Shown: piece after piece, positions 17,866-26,943 of the stretch
Layout: each line of letters opens with the position of its first letter
Position numbering within the stretch: the first letter of the stretch is position 1
Assembly: GCA_035457485.1 (NCBI GenBank)
Contig: DATIBO010000006.1
Span: 94,134-158,133, forward strand
From: Candidatus Saccharimonadales bacterium
GTDB taxonomy: Bacteria; Patescibacteriota; Saccharimonadia; Saccharimonadales; EFPC-124
DNA: 64,000 nt
Reading direction: 5' to 3'
The notes under the pieces: model-generated
Database searches by the model: none
Seen by the model: the letters and a program-made list of their open reading frames with translations, nothing else
What the model was told of the DNA's origin: nothing
Translations under genes and position numbers: made by a program

Positions 17866-20421
17866 ATGAAATTAGCTAAAACCTACGAACCCCAAGCCTA
17901 CGAGCCAAGAATTTATCAGCTCTGGGAAGAGTCCGATTCCTTCTCCCCTATTGGCGACCCCAAAAAGGGTTATTTTAGCATCGTCCTTCCTCCGCCTAAT
18001 GCCAATGGAAATCTACATGTAGGCCATGCACTTACAATTGCAGTCGAGGACGCGTTAATTCGCTACAACCGGCTCAAGGGTAACTCTACCCTATTTATTC
18101 CTGGCGCAGATCATGCAGGCTTCGAGACTTGGGTGGTTTTTGAACGAAATCTAGAAAAGCAAGGCAAGTCGCGATTTGACTTTTCACGTGATGATTTGTA
18201 CCAGATGACGTGGGATTTCGTTCAGGAGCAGCGAGGCAATATGGAAGTCCAGCTGCGCGAACTGGGCGCAAGCTTAGATTGGAAAAACCTTGTTTTCACT
18301 CTAGATAAAAAAGTTATCGATCGCACATACAAAACTTTCAAAAAATTGTGGGATGACAAACTGATCTATAGGGGAGAGCGGATCGTTAACTACTGCACAA
18401 AACATCAAACCTCTTTTGCCGATATTGAAGTAGATCACAAGATTGAAAAATCTAAACTATGGAGCGTTGCCTATAAACGCGTCGATGGAGAAGGGGAGAT
18501 AGTAATTGCTACAACTAGACCTGAGACGATATTAGGTGATGGCGCGGTCGCTGTTTATCCGGGTGATACTCGTTATACGGATTTTGTAGGCAAAATGGTA
18601 ATTGAGCCGGTTTCAGGTAGGCATATCCCCGTCATTACAGATGAAGCTGTTGAAACTGATTTTGGCACGGGCGCCGTTAAGGTAACTGTTGCTCACGACC
18701 CTACCGACTTCGAAATAGGGGAGAGACATAACATCCCTCAGATCCAAGTAATCGGCTTCGACGGCAAAATGACCGACAAATGTCCGCCAGAATACGTTGG
18801 ACTTGACGTTCTAGAGGCCCGCAAATTGGTGCTTGAGTATCTAACGGATAAAGGCTTGTTGCGAGAGGCTAAAACTTATAGCCATTCGGTGGGGCATTGT
18901 TACAAATGCGGCACGACCATTCAGCCACTAATAAAAGATCAGTGGTTCATTAAGGTGCAACCGCTTGCTCAAAAAGCAATTCACGCCATTGAATCCGGAA
19001 AAATCAGCTTCACCCCCGAAAACAAGGGTAAGGTTTTGCTAAACTATTTAAAAAACTTGCGTGATTGGAACCTGAGCAGGCAAATTCCATGGGGAATACC
19101 AATTCCAGCGTTCCAAAGCACCGAAGATCCTACAAAATGGATTTTTGATGATCGCGTTAATGAGCAGCATATTACAGTAGATGGTATTGAGTACAAGCGC
19201 GAAGATGACACATTTGACACGTGGTTCAGCTCAGGACAATGGCCATTTATTACCACCGACTATTTAGACGGTGGCGATCTAAGCCCATACTATCCGCTAA
19301 GTGTCATGGAAACTGGGCACGACATTCTTTTCCCATGGATATCACGCATGATTATGCTGGGCATTTATGCGACTGACGAAGTTCCATTTAAACACGTCTA
19401 CTTACATGGTTTAGTTTTAGATGAACACGGTCAAAAAATGAGCAAAAGCAAAGGTAACGTTATTAACCCGCAGGACGTTGTTAAAGAATACGGCTCCGAT
19501 GCGCTTAGAATGGGACTCCTAGCTAGCCGCAGCCCAGGGATAAATCAAGCTTTTTCGACTGGAAATGTCGTAGCTGGCCGCAACTTTTGCAACAAACTTT
19601 GGAACATCGCGAGATTCATAGAAGACAAAGTCGGTGATGAATATACGCACGAAAAACCATTGCCTCAGACAAACGACGAGCATTGGATTATTGACACTTT
19701 GAATCAAGCAAGCAAGAAAATCGGTTCTTTGCTTGACCAGTACAGATTTGCGGAAGCTTACGAACTGATGTACCACACCATTTGGGACGAGGTAGCGGAT
19801 TGGTATGTGGAGTGTAGTAAAAATGGCAACAATAAAAGCGTCATGGTTTATGTGCTTGAAACCTGTCTTAAGATCGCACACCCTTTCGCGCCGTTTGCCA
19901 CCGAAACAATTTGGCAGACTCTTGCATGGCAAAAAGAACTTTTAATCACAAGTAGCTGGCCTAACGAAGTAAAAATCGACCACCATAAAGCGGAAGCTTT
20001 TGCGAGCATACAACAAATCGTGATAGAAGCTCGCTTTGTAAGCGCAAGTCTTGCGAGTGGCAAGCAAAAATTGATTTTTACAAATGACCCGTTGATTGAA
20101 CAAAATAGCGATTTAATTCGCCGACTTGCTAACCTAGAAATTGTTCAAAAAGTGGAGAAGGGGAGTGGACTGCGTTTAGCCGTAGCTAACCATGAGATTT
20201 GGCTAGATGTAACTGCAGAGACCTTAAAAAAGCACACCGATAAACTTCAGGGTCGACTCGAACAGTCCATGACTCAAGTTAAGCATCTAGAGCAACGCCT
20301 TAGTAATAAGGGTTACGTCGACAACGCGCCAGAAAAAGTCGTTCAAGAAACTCGCAGTCAACTTGAAGAAAGCAAAACTCTGGTTGAGCGTCTACAAAAA
20401 GAGCTCGAGCTTTTAGGCTAG
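17866..20421 (+). CDS. valS: Valine--tRNA ligase
   Basis: PPPNANGNLHVGH, GADHAG, SRQIPWG, KMSKS and C-terminal coiled coil. ATG 17866 preferred over GTG 17851. Confidence 0.97.
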   Translation: MKLAKTYEPQAYEPRIYQLWEESDSFSPIGDPKKGYFSIVLPPPNANGNLHVGHALTIAVEDALIRYNRLKGNSTLFIPGADHAGFETWVVFERNLEKQGKSRFDFSRDDLYQMTWDFVQEQRGNMEVQLRELGASLDWKNLVFTLDKKVIDRTYKTFKKLWDDKLIYRGERIVNYCTKHQTSFADIEVDHKIEKSKLWSVAYKRVDGEGEIVIATTRPETILGDGAVAVYPGDTRYTDFVGKMVIEPVSGRHIPVITDEAVETDFGTGAVKVTVAHDPTDFEIGERHNIPQIQVIGFDGKMTDKCPPEYVGLDVLEARKLVLEYLTDKGLLREAKTYSHSVGHCYKCGTTIQPLIKDQWFIKVQPLAQKAIHAIESGKISFTPENKGKVLLNYLKNLRDWNLSRQIPWGIPIPAFQSTEDPTKWIFDDRVNEQHITVDGIEYKREDDTFDTWFSSGQWPFITTDYLDGGDLSPYYPLSVMETGHDILFPWISRMIMLGIYATDEVPFKHVYLHGLVLDEHGQKMSKSKGNVINPQDVVKEYGSDALRMGLLASRSPGINQAFSTGNVVAGRNFCNKLWNIARFIEDKVGDEYTHEKPLPQTNDEHWIIDTLNQASKKIGSLLDQYRFAEAYELMYHTIWDEVADWYVECSKNGNNKSVMVYVLETCLKIAHPFAPFATETIWQTLAWQKELLITSSWPNEVKIDHHKAEAFASIQQIVIEARFVSASLASGKQKLIFTNDPLIEQNSDLIRRLANLEIVQKVEKGSGLRLAVANHEIWLDVTAETLKKHTDKLQGRLEQSMTQVKHLEQRLSNKGYVDNAPEKVVQETRSQLEESKTLVERLQKELELLG

Positions 20422-20733
20422 GCTCATAAATAAGTTATGTTGCCAGTTTTTAATCAGCTTACTGATCATTTTTTTGATATCTTGACTATGCTTTTCGCGA
20501 ACCCTAAGAGAACGATTATCCGCTAACGGATTATCGCCGGCTAAGTTTTTACCAGTTTGCTTATCGACATGATTATGAAGCTCGCTATAAGACTTTACCG
20601 TAGTGTCATCGTGCTGAACGGCCTTGGCAGTATCTTGAGCGTTAGGTAACGCAGCTAGATCTTTGGCGTGTGCACCGCTCAAAACTAGTGCAAAGACTAA
20701 GGTTAGCGCTAATGTTGCAAAGAAATTTTTCAT
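20413..20733 (-). CDS. Hypothetical secreted protein
   Basis: Sec signal peptide (MKNFF...AHA). Confidence 0.6.
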   Translation of the reverse strand: MKNFFATLALTLVFALVLSGAHAKDLAALPNAQDTAKAVQHDDTTVKSYSELHNHVDKQTGKNLAGDNPLADNRSLRVREKHSQDIKKMISKLIKNWQHNLFMSLA

Positions 20734-20822
20734 GTTTGTTTTTATATACTAACAATTTAAACATTAGCACAATGTTGCAGTACTGTCAATTAGGGTTCAA
20801 GATTGGTTAGATTAGTTAAGCT

Positions 20823-21215
20823 TTAAAAAGCTAGCTTTTTAGCCATTTCAGCGAGCGCCTCATGGTCAGGTTCGTCATTAGACGGAGGTTTCATGAAATC
20901 CTCGGCCACTCTACAGGGGATAATAACCACATGAACGTGCGGGACGATGAAGCCTTCGACCCGCACACATGCACGATACTCTTTGCCAAAGACCTCGACT
21001 ATTCGCTTCATTACTTTTTTAACTGAGCTCATTAACGCATGATAATCTTCTTCGGATAAGTCTTCTATTCGATCGACCTGCATTTTAGGCACAACTAGAG
21101 TTTGGCCAGGCTGTATAGGATGAATATCTAGAAACGCGAAGGTCTTATCATCTTCGAAAACTTTATGGCTTGGCAGCTCGCCGTGGATAATTTTGGTAAA
21201 AATAGAGGTTTGCAT
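20823..21215 (-). CDS. HIT-family nucleotide hydrolase
   Basis: SIFTKII and AFLDIHP motifs; triad reads HVHVV. Start placed at ATG 21215 after TATAAT. Confidence 0.88.
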   Translation of the reverse strand: MQTSIFTKIIHGELPSHKVFEDDKTFAFLDIHPIQPGQTLVVPKMQVDRIEDLSEEDYHALMSSVKKVMKRIVEVFGKEYRACVRVEGFIVPHVHVVIIPCRVAEDFMKPPSNDEPDHEALAEMAKKLAF

Positions 21216-21239
21216 AAGGCAATTATACCTCAAATGCAA

Positions 21240-21259
21240 ACGGGCCCCGGAGGGCCCGT
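21240..21259 (-). terminator. Hairpin downstream of the MFS gene
   Basis: ACGGGCCC-CGGA-GGGCCCGT. Confidence 0.55.
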
Positions 21260-21293
21260 GCACGTTACGCAGCGGTCATAGCTTGTTGGCCTT

Positions 21294-22481
21294 TCATGCT
21301 CTGATCGCGGTCCTGGCCTGAAACATTGCAAGCGCTGCGCTACTCACCACAAGCACGCCGGCGAATGCAATACCGTACAGAAGTGAGCCGCTAATTTCCC
21401 CAACTTTGCTCGAGATCCACCAGATCAAGGCAGACGACCCCCATAGAATCGTTCGCGAGATTGAGTGAATAGTTGCTCGCATGCGATCGTCGCCGATTTG
21501 CTCATTGAGCATCTGGTTGCTCATGGGGATGATGTTGGCGCGAACAAAATAAGTGATTGCAATCGCGCCGACAGCCACGAGTCCCGGCTTAACTACCAGG
21601 AGACCATAGCATAAGGCGGTAGCCGTGATCATAAAACTGAAGCTGGTCCACTGCATTTTAGACAGCCGTTTAATGAACGTCTGCCATACAAACACCGAGC
21701 CTAGTAACAGTGCCCAGTACACACTATAGATCCATCCGCCTGCGCCCTCGCCAATCTTAAGTCCGGAAAACTCGGAGTAGTAGACTGGCGTCCACCAAAC
21801 CAGAACGAACGACAAGTTCCCAGCTGTAGCTGCAAAAAGCAGCGCCCACAGCAAGTTCTTGTTATTCGTCACAGCCTTTCTCACCAACCCTACGCTAGGA
21901 ATCTCGTCATGAGAAAGAGGGTCATAAAGAACGAACGCGATCGCCGCAGCGACTGCATATAGGCCGGCCTGAACCCATAGGAGAGTCGAGATTTCGACAC
22001 CCAGTTCCACAACTAGCCATGCGCCCACCAACGAACAAGACGCTTCGAAGACTCCAGCGATCCCACGAGCCCTCGCATCAGCCTTCTTAGCCAGGTGGCT
22101 AATTCTAAGCCTTGCGAAGGTCTCAAACAGAAGTGCAGCATCGGCACCAACCATCAGGCTAGTGCCAAAACCCAGAATGGCGGCCGCTACACAGAACTGG
22201 GTCAGTGAATCTCCGGTTGCGTATGTGATCATCGCCAGCGCAGACAGAAGCGTGCCTGCGATCAGACTCTTTCGACGACCGTACGAGTCAGCCCAGCGGC
22301 CCGTCGGGATCTCGAAAATTGCCGACACCGCGGTACCAACCCCAATAACGACTAGGGTCGCCGTTGCGCCCATCCCTTGTGTCGTCAAGAATGGAGTAAG
22401 GATTGGGACATACATGAATGATCCACGGAGTCCGTAAAACAACAACAACCGATAGATGTTGCTCTTGAGCTTTGGGTACAA
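21294..22481 (-). CDS. MFS transporter
   Basis: About 12 TMs, EIPTGRWADSYGRR motif A, RATIxS. Confidence 0.9.
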   Translation of the reverse strand: MYPKLKSNIYRLLLFYGLRGSFMYVPILTPFLTTQGMGATATLVVIGVGTAVSAIFEIPTGRWADSYGRRKSLIAGTLLSALAMITYATGDSLTQFCVAAAILGFGTSLMVGADAALLFETFARLRISHLAKKADARARGIAGVFEASCSLVGAWLVVELGVEISTLLWVQAGLYAVAAAIAFVLYDPLSHDEIPSVGLVRKAVTNNKNLLWALLFAATAGNLSFVLVWWTPVYYSEFSGLKIGEGAGGWIYSVYWALLLGSVFVWQTFIKRLSKMQWTSFSFMITATALCYGLLVVKPGLVAVGAIAITYFVRANIIPMSNQMLNEQIGDDRMRATIHSISRTILWGSSALIWWISSKVGEISGSLLYGIAFAGVLVVSSAALAMFQARTAIRA

Positions 22482-22632
22482 CCCTACCTCCCGTAGTAAC
22501 GTGCAGCCTCGAGTTCACGAGGCCATAATAAAGCAAGAAAATGCACTCTTATCACTCCGCAAACTGTCAAACTATAACATAATTAATTGTTTTCTTCAAT
22601 TCATCGCTTATCTGTTATAATGTGTTCGGCGC

Positions 22633-22724
22633 GGAGAGGTGTCCGAGTGGTTGAAGGTGCCGCTCTCGAAAAGCGGTGTAGCCAGCAATGGTTACCGAGG
22701 GTTCGAATCCCTCCTTCTCCGCCA
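22633..22724 (+). tRNA. tRNA-Ser(CGA)
   Basis: GGAGAGG acceptor, anticodon arm CCGCT-CTCGAAA-AGCGG, long variable arm, GGTTCGAATCC, encoded CCA. Confidence 0.95.
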
Positions 22725-22784
22725 ATAGGTAGTCAGTGTAAAAGCTGGCTATTTATTTTGCCCACAAAACCGTACAATAGCTAT

Positions 22785-23816
22785 ATGGATTTTTTACGCG
22801 CCACTCTTCGCGCATTGTTTGTTGTTATAACTTCGGCCAGCTTAGCCACACTAATCAGCGTGGCGACAATGCAGGCAACGATTTTAAACCGCTCGACAGT
22901 TTTGCGTTGGATGGAGAATAGTGGAATTTATCAAAACATCGTTAACATAGCAGTGCAGCTCCAACCTGATTCAGCACCAGAGAGTCAGCAGTTTTTGGGC
23001 GAAACTACCATTCGCGATGCAATTAATCAAACTCTAGATCCAGCTTTCTTAAGAACTTCAACCGAAAAAATTATTAATAGTACTTACGATTGGTTAGAAG
23101 GCAAGAGCGAAACAATCACGTTTTCGATTCCATTAAGCGAAAAACGCGATCTTTTAAAGCAAAATTTAGCCAAGCAAATCGAACCCAAAATTTCGAGCCT
23201 TCCAACCTGTAGCTCAAATTTTAGCGGTGTAACTAGTCAGCAAGTCCAATGTATTCCTAAAAACTCCAATGCCCAAACTTATGCCGCCGATCTTGCGAGC
23301 CGAGCGGTGGATAGTTCTGACTTTTTAGTGCAGCCCCTAACCCAGCAAAATATTCAGCTGCCAACGCTCCCAGCTGTTAACGTTTTACGATTTTTGGCAA
23401 GCAATTTACAGATCATAATCTCCGGACTAGCTGTCCTGGCGGTTCTAAGCGCAACGGGTTATGTTTTGTTGAGTAAAGATAAACTTCGCGGCATTCAAGC
23501 TGTGGGTCGACGTGCTTTTTTTGGTACTTTAATTTTAGTCATTGGCGGTGGAGTTCTTTGGTATTTCTCGAACAAGCTAACTCTAAGTGCATTCGGCGAT
23601 CAAGCAATTATCACCAGCATAGTTGATCCGTTAGCACGACAAATTGCTGCAGATGTTGGAATGTGGTTATTCATTTTTAGCGGAATTGTTTTTGCAACCG
23701 GTGGTTTGATCTGGCTTGGTGCATTTTTGACAATCAAAAATCTAGAGAAAAAACTAAAAGCCGCACATGCTGGCCCGCCGAAAGATTTGCCGCCAATCGG
23801 TCCCGCTGCTATATAA
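22785..23816 (+). CDS. Hypothetical membrane protein
   Basis: N-terminal TM, extracellular Cys-pair domain, three C-terminal TMs. Start moved to ATG 22785 because the longer ORF overlaps the tRNA. Confidence 0.8.
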   Translation: MDFLRATLRALFVVITSASLATLISVATMQATILNRSTVLRWMENSGIYQNIVNIAVQLQPDSAPESQQFLGETTIRDAINQTLDPAFLRTSTEKIINSTYDWLEGKSETITFSIPLSEKRDLLKQNLAKQIEPKISSLPTCSSNFSGVTSQQVQCIPKNSNAQTYAADLASRAVDSSDFLVQPLTQQNIQLPTLPAVNVLRFLASNLQIIISGLAVLAVLSATGYVLLSKDKLRGIQAVGRRAFFGTLILVIGGGVLWYFSNKLTLSAFGDQAIITSIVDPLARQIAADVGMWLFIFSGIVFATGGLIWLGAFLTIKNLEKKLKAAHAGPPKDLPPIGPAAI

Positions 23817-23824
23817 TAAACTTT

Positions 23825-24325
23825 GTGAAGCACGGCGACTACTTAGTTGATATTTTAGACAAACAAGGTAGGTTAATTGGCAAAAAACCGCGACGCGAAA
23901 TAAATAAGCAAGTCGATATTTGTCATACTGTTTTTGGACTTTTAAAAGTTGGTGAAAATATGTTTGTCCTAGGTTTAATAGATGACTCCCGATTTGGAAC
24001 CAGTCTGTACAACGGGCTTTATGGAGCCCCCATGGCAACAATAAAACGCTACCAAGAAGCTGCAGAGCAAGCAGCTATAAGAGGGTTTAAAGAAGAGCTC
24101 GACATAGCACAAAAGCCAGAATTAATAGGCGAAGGAATGCTTCAATTGCAAGATGGAATTTTTAAGTTTGCGAGCATTTTCGTTGTAAATCTTAGGTCGG
24201 TCGAAAAGCTTAAAGTTAAAAATCCCATCTGTTTAACAAGTCATGGGCTAGATACTAAGATTGACGAGCCAAATTTTGCCCCGACCCTACAAGAAATCTG
24301 GCGAACGTACCGTGCAAAATTGTAA
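23825..24325 (+). CDS. Nudix-fold protein (IDI/YfcD-like, degenerate Nudix box)
   Basis: VDILDxxGxxIGxxxR N-terminus; EAAEQAAIRGFKEELDI. Confidence 0.7.
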   Translation: MKHGDYLVDILDKQGRLIGKKPRREINKQVDICHTVFGLLKVGENMFVLGLIDDSRFGTSLYNGLYGAPMATIKRYQEAAEQAAIRGFKEELDIAQKPELIGEGMLQLQDGIFKFASIFVVNLRSVEKLKVKNPICLTSHGLDTKIDEPNFAPTLQEIWRTYRAKL

Positions 24326-24393
24326 AAAAGGGCTCGCACAACAGATCAATTAATGTTACAATATGTTGGTTAACCGCCCAGACCAGAACTCAC

Positions 24394-24486
24394 GGAGGAG
24401 TACCCAAGTGGCTGAAGGGGACGGTTTGCTAAATCGTTAGAGTGGAGCAATCTGCTGCGAGAGTTCGAATCTCTCCTCCTCCGCCA
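24394..24486 (+). tRNA. tRNA-Ser(GCT)
   Basis: GGAGGAG acceptor, ACGGT-TTGCTAA-ATCGT anticodon arm, long variable arm, encoded CCA. Confidence 0.95.
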
Positions 24487-24488
24487 AG

Positions 24489-24519
24489 AAAATAGAGCTG
24501 CTTTTGCCAGCTCTATTTT
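24489..24519. terminator. Bidirectional terminator
   Basis: AAAATAGAGCTG-N7-CAGCTCTATTTT. Confidence 0.8.
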
Positions 24520-24523
24520 CGTT

Positions 24524-25114
24524 TTAGCGGGTTTGGGCGTCACGAACAGCCAACATTGCCGCTAAACCCATTCTGTAGACCACCAGAGGCTGCGGCGCAT
24601 GCTTTTTGCGACCCCCTTCCGTCATCAAGTCTCGATCAAAGTCATCAAACCGATACAACCTCACACCCTGAACTTCATCGTCCTGAATATTAACCTTACT
24701 TAAGTCTAACACGGGGTCATATACCACAAAATCTTTGCTTACAACCCTGTGAGGGTGTGACCAGTCCTTAAAAAACATCTCCGTTCCCAAGCGCCCAATT
24801 GGCAAAAAACGCTCACGCGGATAGCGCAAACTGAGCTCCTCCTCGGTTTCGCGCACTGCAGCATCTAAGTAATCTTCGCCGACATCCACGTGCCCAGCGA
24901 CAGAGATATCCCAAGTGTTAGGCATTATTTTTTTATTAGCGGCTCGGTGTTGCTGCAAAAAACCTTCGTCGTTAAAAACCCAGATGTGAGTATCGCGGTG
25001 CAACAAACCTTGCGCGTGAATCTGCGCCTTTGTGGCAGTTTTGCCGGTTGGTCGCCCAAATTCATCAACAATATCAAGTAGCTCCTCTTGGTGAGGGCCG
25101 GTAAATCTTTCCAT
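24524..25114 (-). CDS. Nudix hydrolase (IPP-isomerase-like subfamily)
   Basis: HxxGLLHR, WDISVAGHV and GEDYLDAAVRETEEEL motifs. Confidence 0.85.
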   Translation of the reverse strand: MERFTGPHQEELLDIVDEFGRPTGKTATKAQIHAQGLLHRDTHIWVFNDEGFLQQHRAANKKIMPNTWDISVAGHVDVGEDYLDAAVRETEEELSLRYPRERFLPIGRLGTEMFFKDWSHPHRVVSKDFVVYDPVLDLSKVNIQDDEVQGVRLYRFDDFDRDLMTEGGRKKHAPQPLVVYRMGLAAMLAVRDAQTR

Positions 25115-25253
25115 ACTTCTCCTAATTTTTTACGAGGAAGCTTCCTAAAATTAACAATACAACAAGCTCCTAAACAGATATAGATTGTTTGTTTTGACGC
25201 AATTAAATATGTGTCAGCCAACTTTGTGACAAACAAATTTATGTCAAATCGTT

Positions 25254-25282
25254 TTGACATAACAGAGGTAAAAGCGTAGAAT
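25254..25282 (+). promoter_or_regulatory. Sigma70 promoter of the wHTH-Nudix gene, overlapped by a palindrome
   Basis: TTGACA(25254)-17 nt-TAGAAT(25277), 6 nt before the GTG start. ATGTCAAA-N4-TTTGACAT spans 25241-25260. Confidence 0.7.
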
Positions 25283-25288
25283 ACTTCC

Positions 25289-25948
25289 GTGCACCATATA
25301 CAAAAAAGCATTGTCAGCCTATTAATGTACTCGGAAAGCCTAAAATACGCTCAAATGCGACCAAAAGGCGTAGAGAGCAATCAGTTTGCATATCACCTTG
25401 AACAATTATTAAAATCAAAGATCATCCAAAAAAACGGGCGAGATTACAGTCTAACCGGGACCGGACTAATGCTGGCTGATCGATCAAGTCATAAAAATAT
25501 CGATCTCCGTAAACAGCCGCATATTGTAACTACAATTTGCGTTATGAGTGGCAATAAAATTTTGCTTTTTGAACACAAATTTCAGCCGTATATTGGGCTT
25601 AAGGGCTTTGTGCAAGGGCGAACTCATTTCAACGAAACAGTACAAGAATCGGCTCGACGTGAATTGTTTGAAAAAACTGGCCTAGAAAACGTCGATTTAG
25701 TCCTACGAGGAACAGTCTATATTACAGCAAAAAAAGACGGCGAAGTTATTAGTAAGTTACTTAGTCACGTTTTTTATGGCGAGCTTACCGGGCAGCCAAA
25801 ACTTGAGTCCGACAACCCAAAGAAAGGTGAGGCGTTTTGGGTGGAGGAGTCTGAGATCAAAGGTGGCACGATGCCAGGATTTAGAGAGATAAGCAATCTT
25901 CTTAAAAACGAAAGTGGTTTTTTTAAGGAAATTGAAGCCACTATTTAG
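25289..25948 (+). CDS. Winged-HTH + Nudix domain protein
   Basis: N-terminal FAYHLxxLL...YSLTxxG (ArsR/HxlR-like wHTH); C-terminal GRTHFNETVQESARRELFEKTGL Nudix box. Confidence 0.8.
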   Translation: MHHIQKSIVSLLMYSESLKYAQMRPKGVESNQFAYHLEQLLKSKIIQKNGRDYSLTGTGLMLADRSSHKNIDLRKQPHIVTTICVMSGNKILLFEHKFQPYIGLKGFVQGRTHFNETVQESARRELFEKTGLENVDLVLRGTVYITAKKDGEVISKLLSHVFYGELTGQPKLESDNPKKGEAFWVEESEIKGGTMPGFREISNLLKNESGFFKEIEATI

Positions 25949-25977
25949 ATCAAAGCAACTTTAGGTTGTCATAAAAC

Positions 25978-26006
25978 AAAATAACTCCCGCATAAGGAGT
26001 TATTTT
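25978..26006. terminator. Bidirectional terminator
   Basis: AAAATAACTCC-N7-GGAGTTATTTT. Confidence 0.75.
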
Positions 26007-26016
26007 TAATAATTTC

Positions 26017-26093
26017 TGGTACACCCGACAGGATTTGAACCTATGACCTTTGGCTCCGCAAGCCAACGCTCTATCCAGCTGAGCTACGGGTGC
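26017..26093 (-). tRNA. tRNA-Arg(GCG)
   Basis: Minus strand reads GCACCCGTAGCTCAGCTGGATAGAGCG-TTGGC-TTGCGGA-GCCAA-...GGTTCAAATCC-...ACCA, 77 nt. Confidence 0.93.
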
Positions 26094-26205
26094 ATATTGC
26101 AGCCTTGAAGGCGTATAAACGTCTACATGGCTGCACCTTGAACTAGAAGGTACTTCCCACATTTCGATGCAGAACAGATGTGATTATATCAAGGTTTGGC
26201 AAGAT

Positions 26206-26757
26206 TTAAAAGTGTAATCTGCGCATTATTACATCAAAGGGGTCGGGGGTAGTTTTTTCAAGAGGTAAATGATCACTAATTATATTAAGTACGGCCTCTG
26301 CCTGGTCGTTACCAAAATAAATATTTACAGCCGGCGACAGGCGCTTGACGGGAACCAATACGATGGAATAAAAAGCTCCGTCTTCATGAACGCTAAAGGC
26401 ACGAAAGTCTTTAAAAGAGTACTCTCGGCCATCAATAACTAAGTTTTCTTGAGTAAGGTGGTAACTCACGATTCGCGGCTTTTTGAATCCAAAATAACAA
26501 AATGCAACAGCCATAACTGTAATAAGAACTGCGAAAGTCCATTGCTTAAAGTAAACAGTTACACCGATCAAAGCAAGTGATACGGCAATTACAGCGATCA
26601 ACCAGCCGAAGCCCTTGTCGTGCTGAACATATTCGGAGGCTTTCCAGTCGATAAAATCAGGTCTAGGTGCGTCAACGTCAAATTCACGCTCCGGCGCATC
26701 GTACCCCTGTTGTTGCGGCGTGTAAAGACTATTCTCCCTATGTTGATCTGACTGCAT
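26206..26757 (-). CDS. Conserved-type hypothetical membrane protein (2 TM plus beta domain)
   Basis: W-x-A-S-E-Y...K-x-x-x-W followed by two TMs; TATACT 6 nt upstream. Confidence 0.8.
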   Translation of the reverse strand: MQSDQHRENSLYTPQQQGYDAPEREFDVDAPRPDFIDWKASEYVQHDKGFGWLIAVIAVSLALIGVTVYFKQWTFAVLITVMAVAFCYFGFKKPRIVSYHLTQENLVIDGREYSFKDFRAFSVHEDGAFYSIVLVPVKRLSPAVNIYFGNDQAEAVLNIISDHLPLEKTTPDPFDVIMRRLHF

Positions 26758-26832
26758 AAATAAAGTATATCACTAAACATAAACGCGTAGTACTCGATTT
26801 TATTAACAGATGTGGTAAAATACATAACTAAT

Positions 26833-26922
<90 letters not shown>

Positions 26923-26943
26923 AACAAAGTAGACTAGCGATTG

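Noticed and set aside
20764-20790. TTAGCAC as a possible second CIRCE
   Set aside because: No matching right arm.
22587-22784. N-terminal extension of the 409-aa ORF
   Set aside because: It overlaps tRNA-Ser(CGA); ATG 22785 has a -10 box 6 nt upstream.
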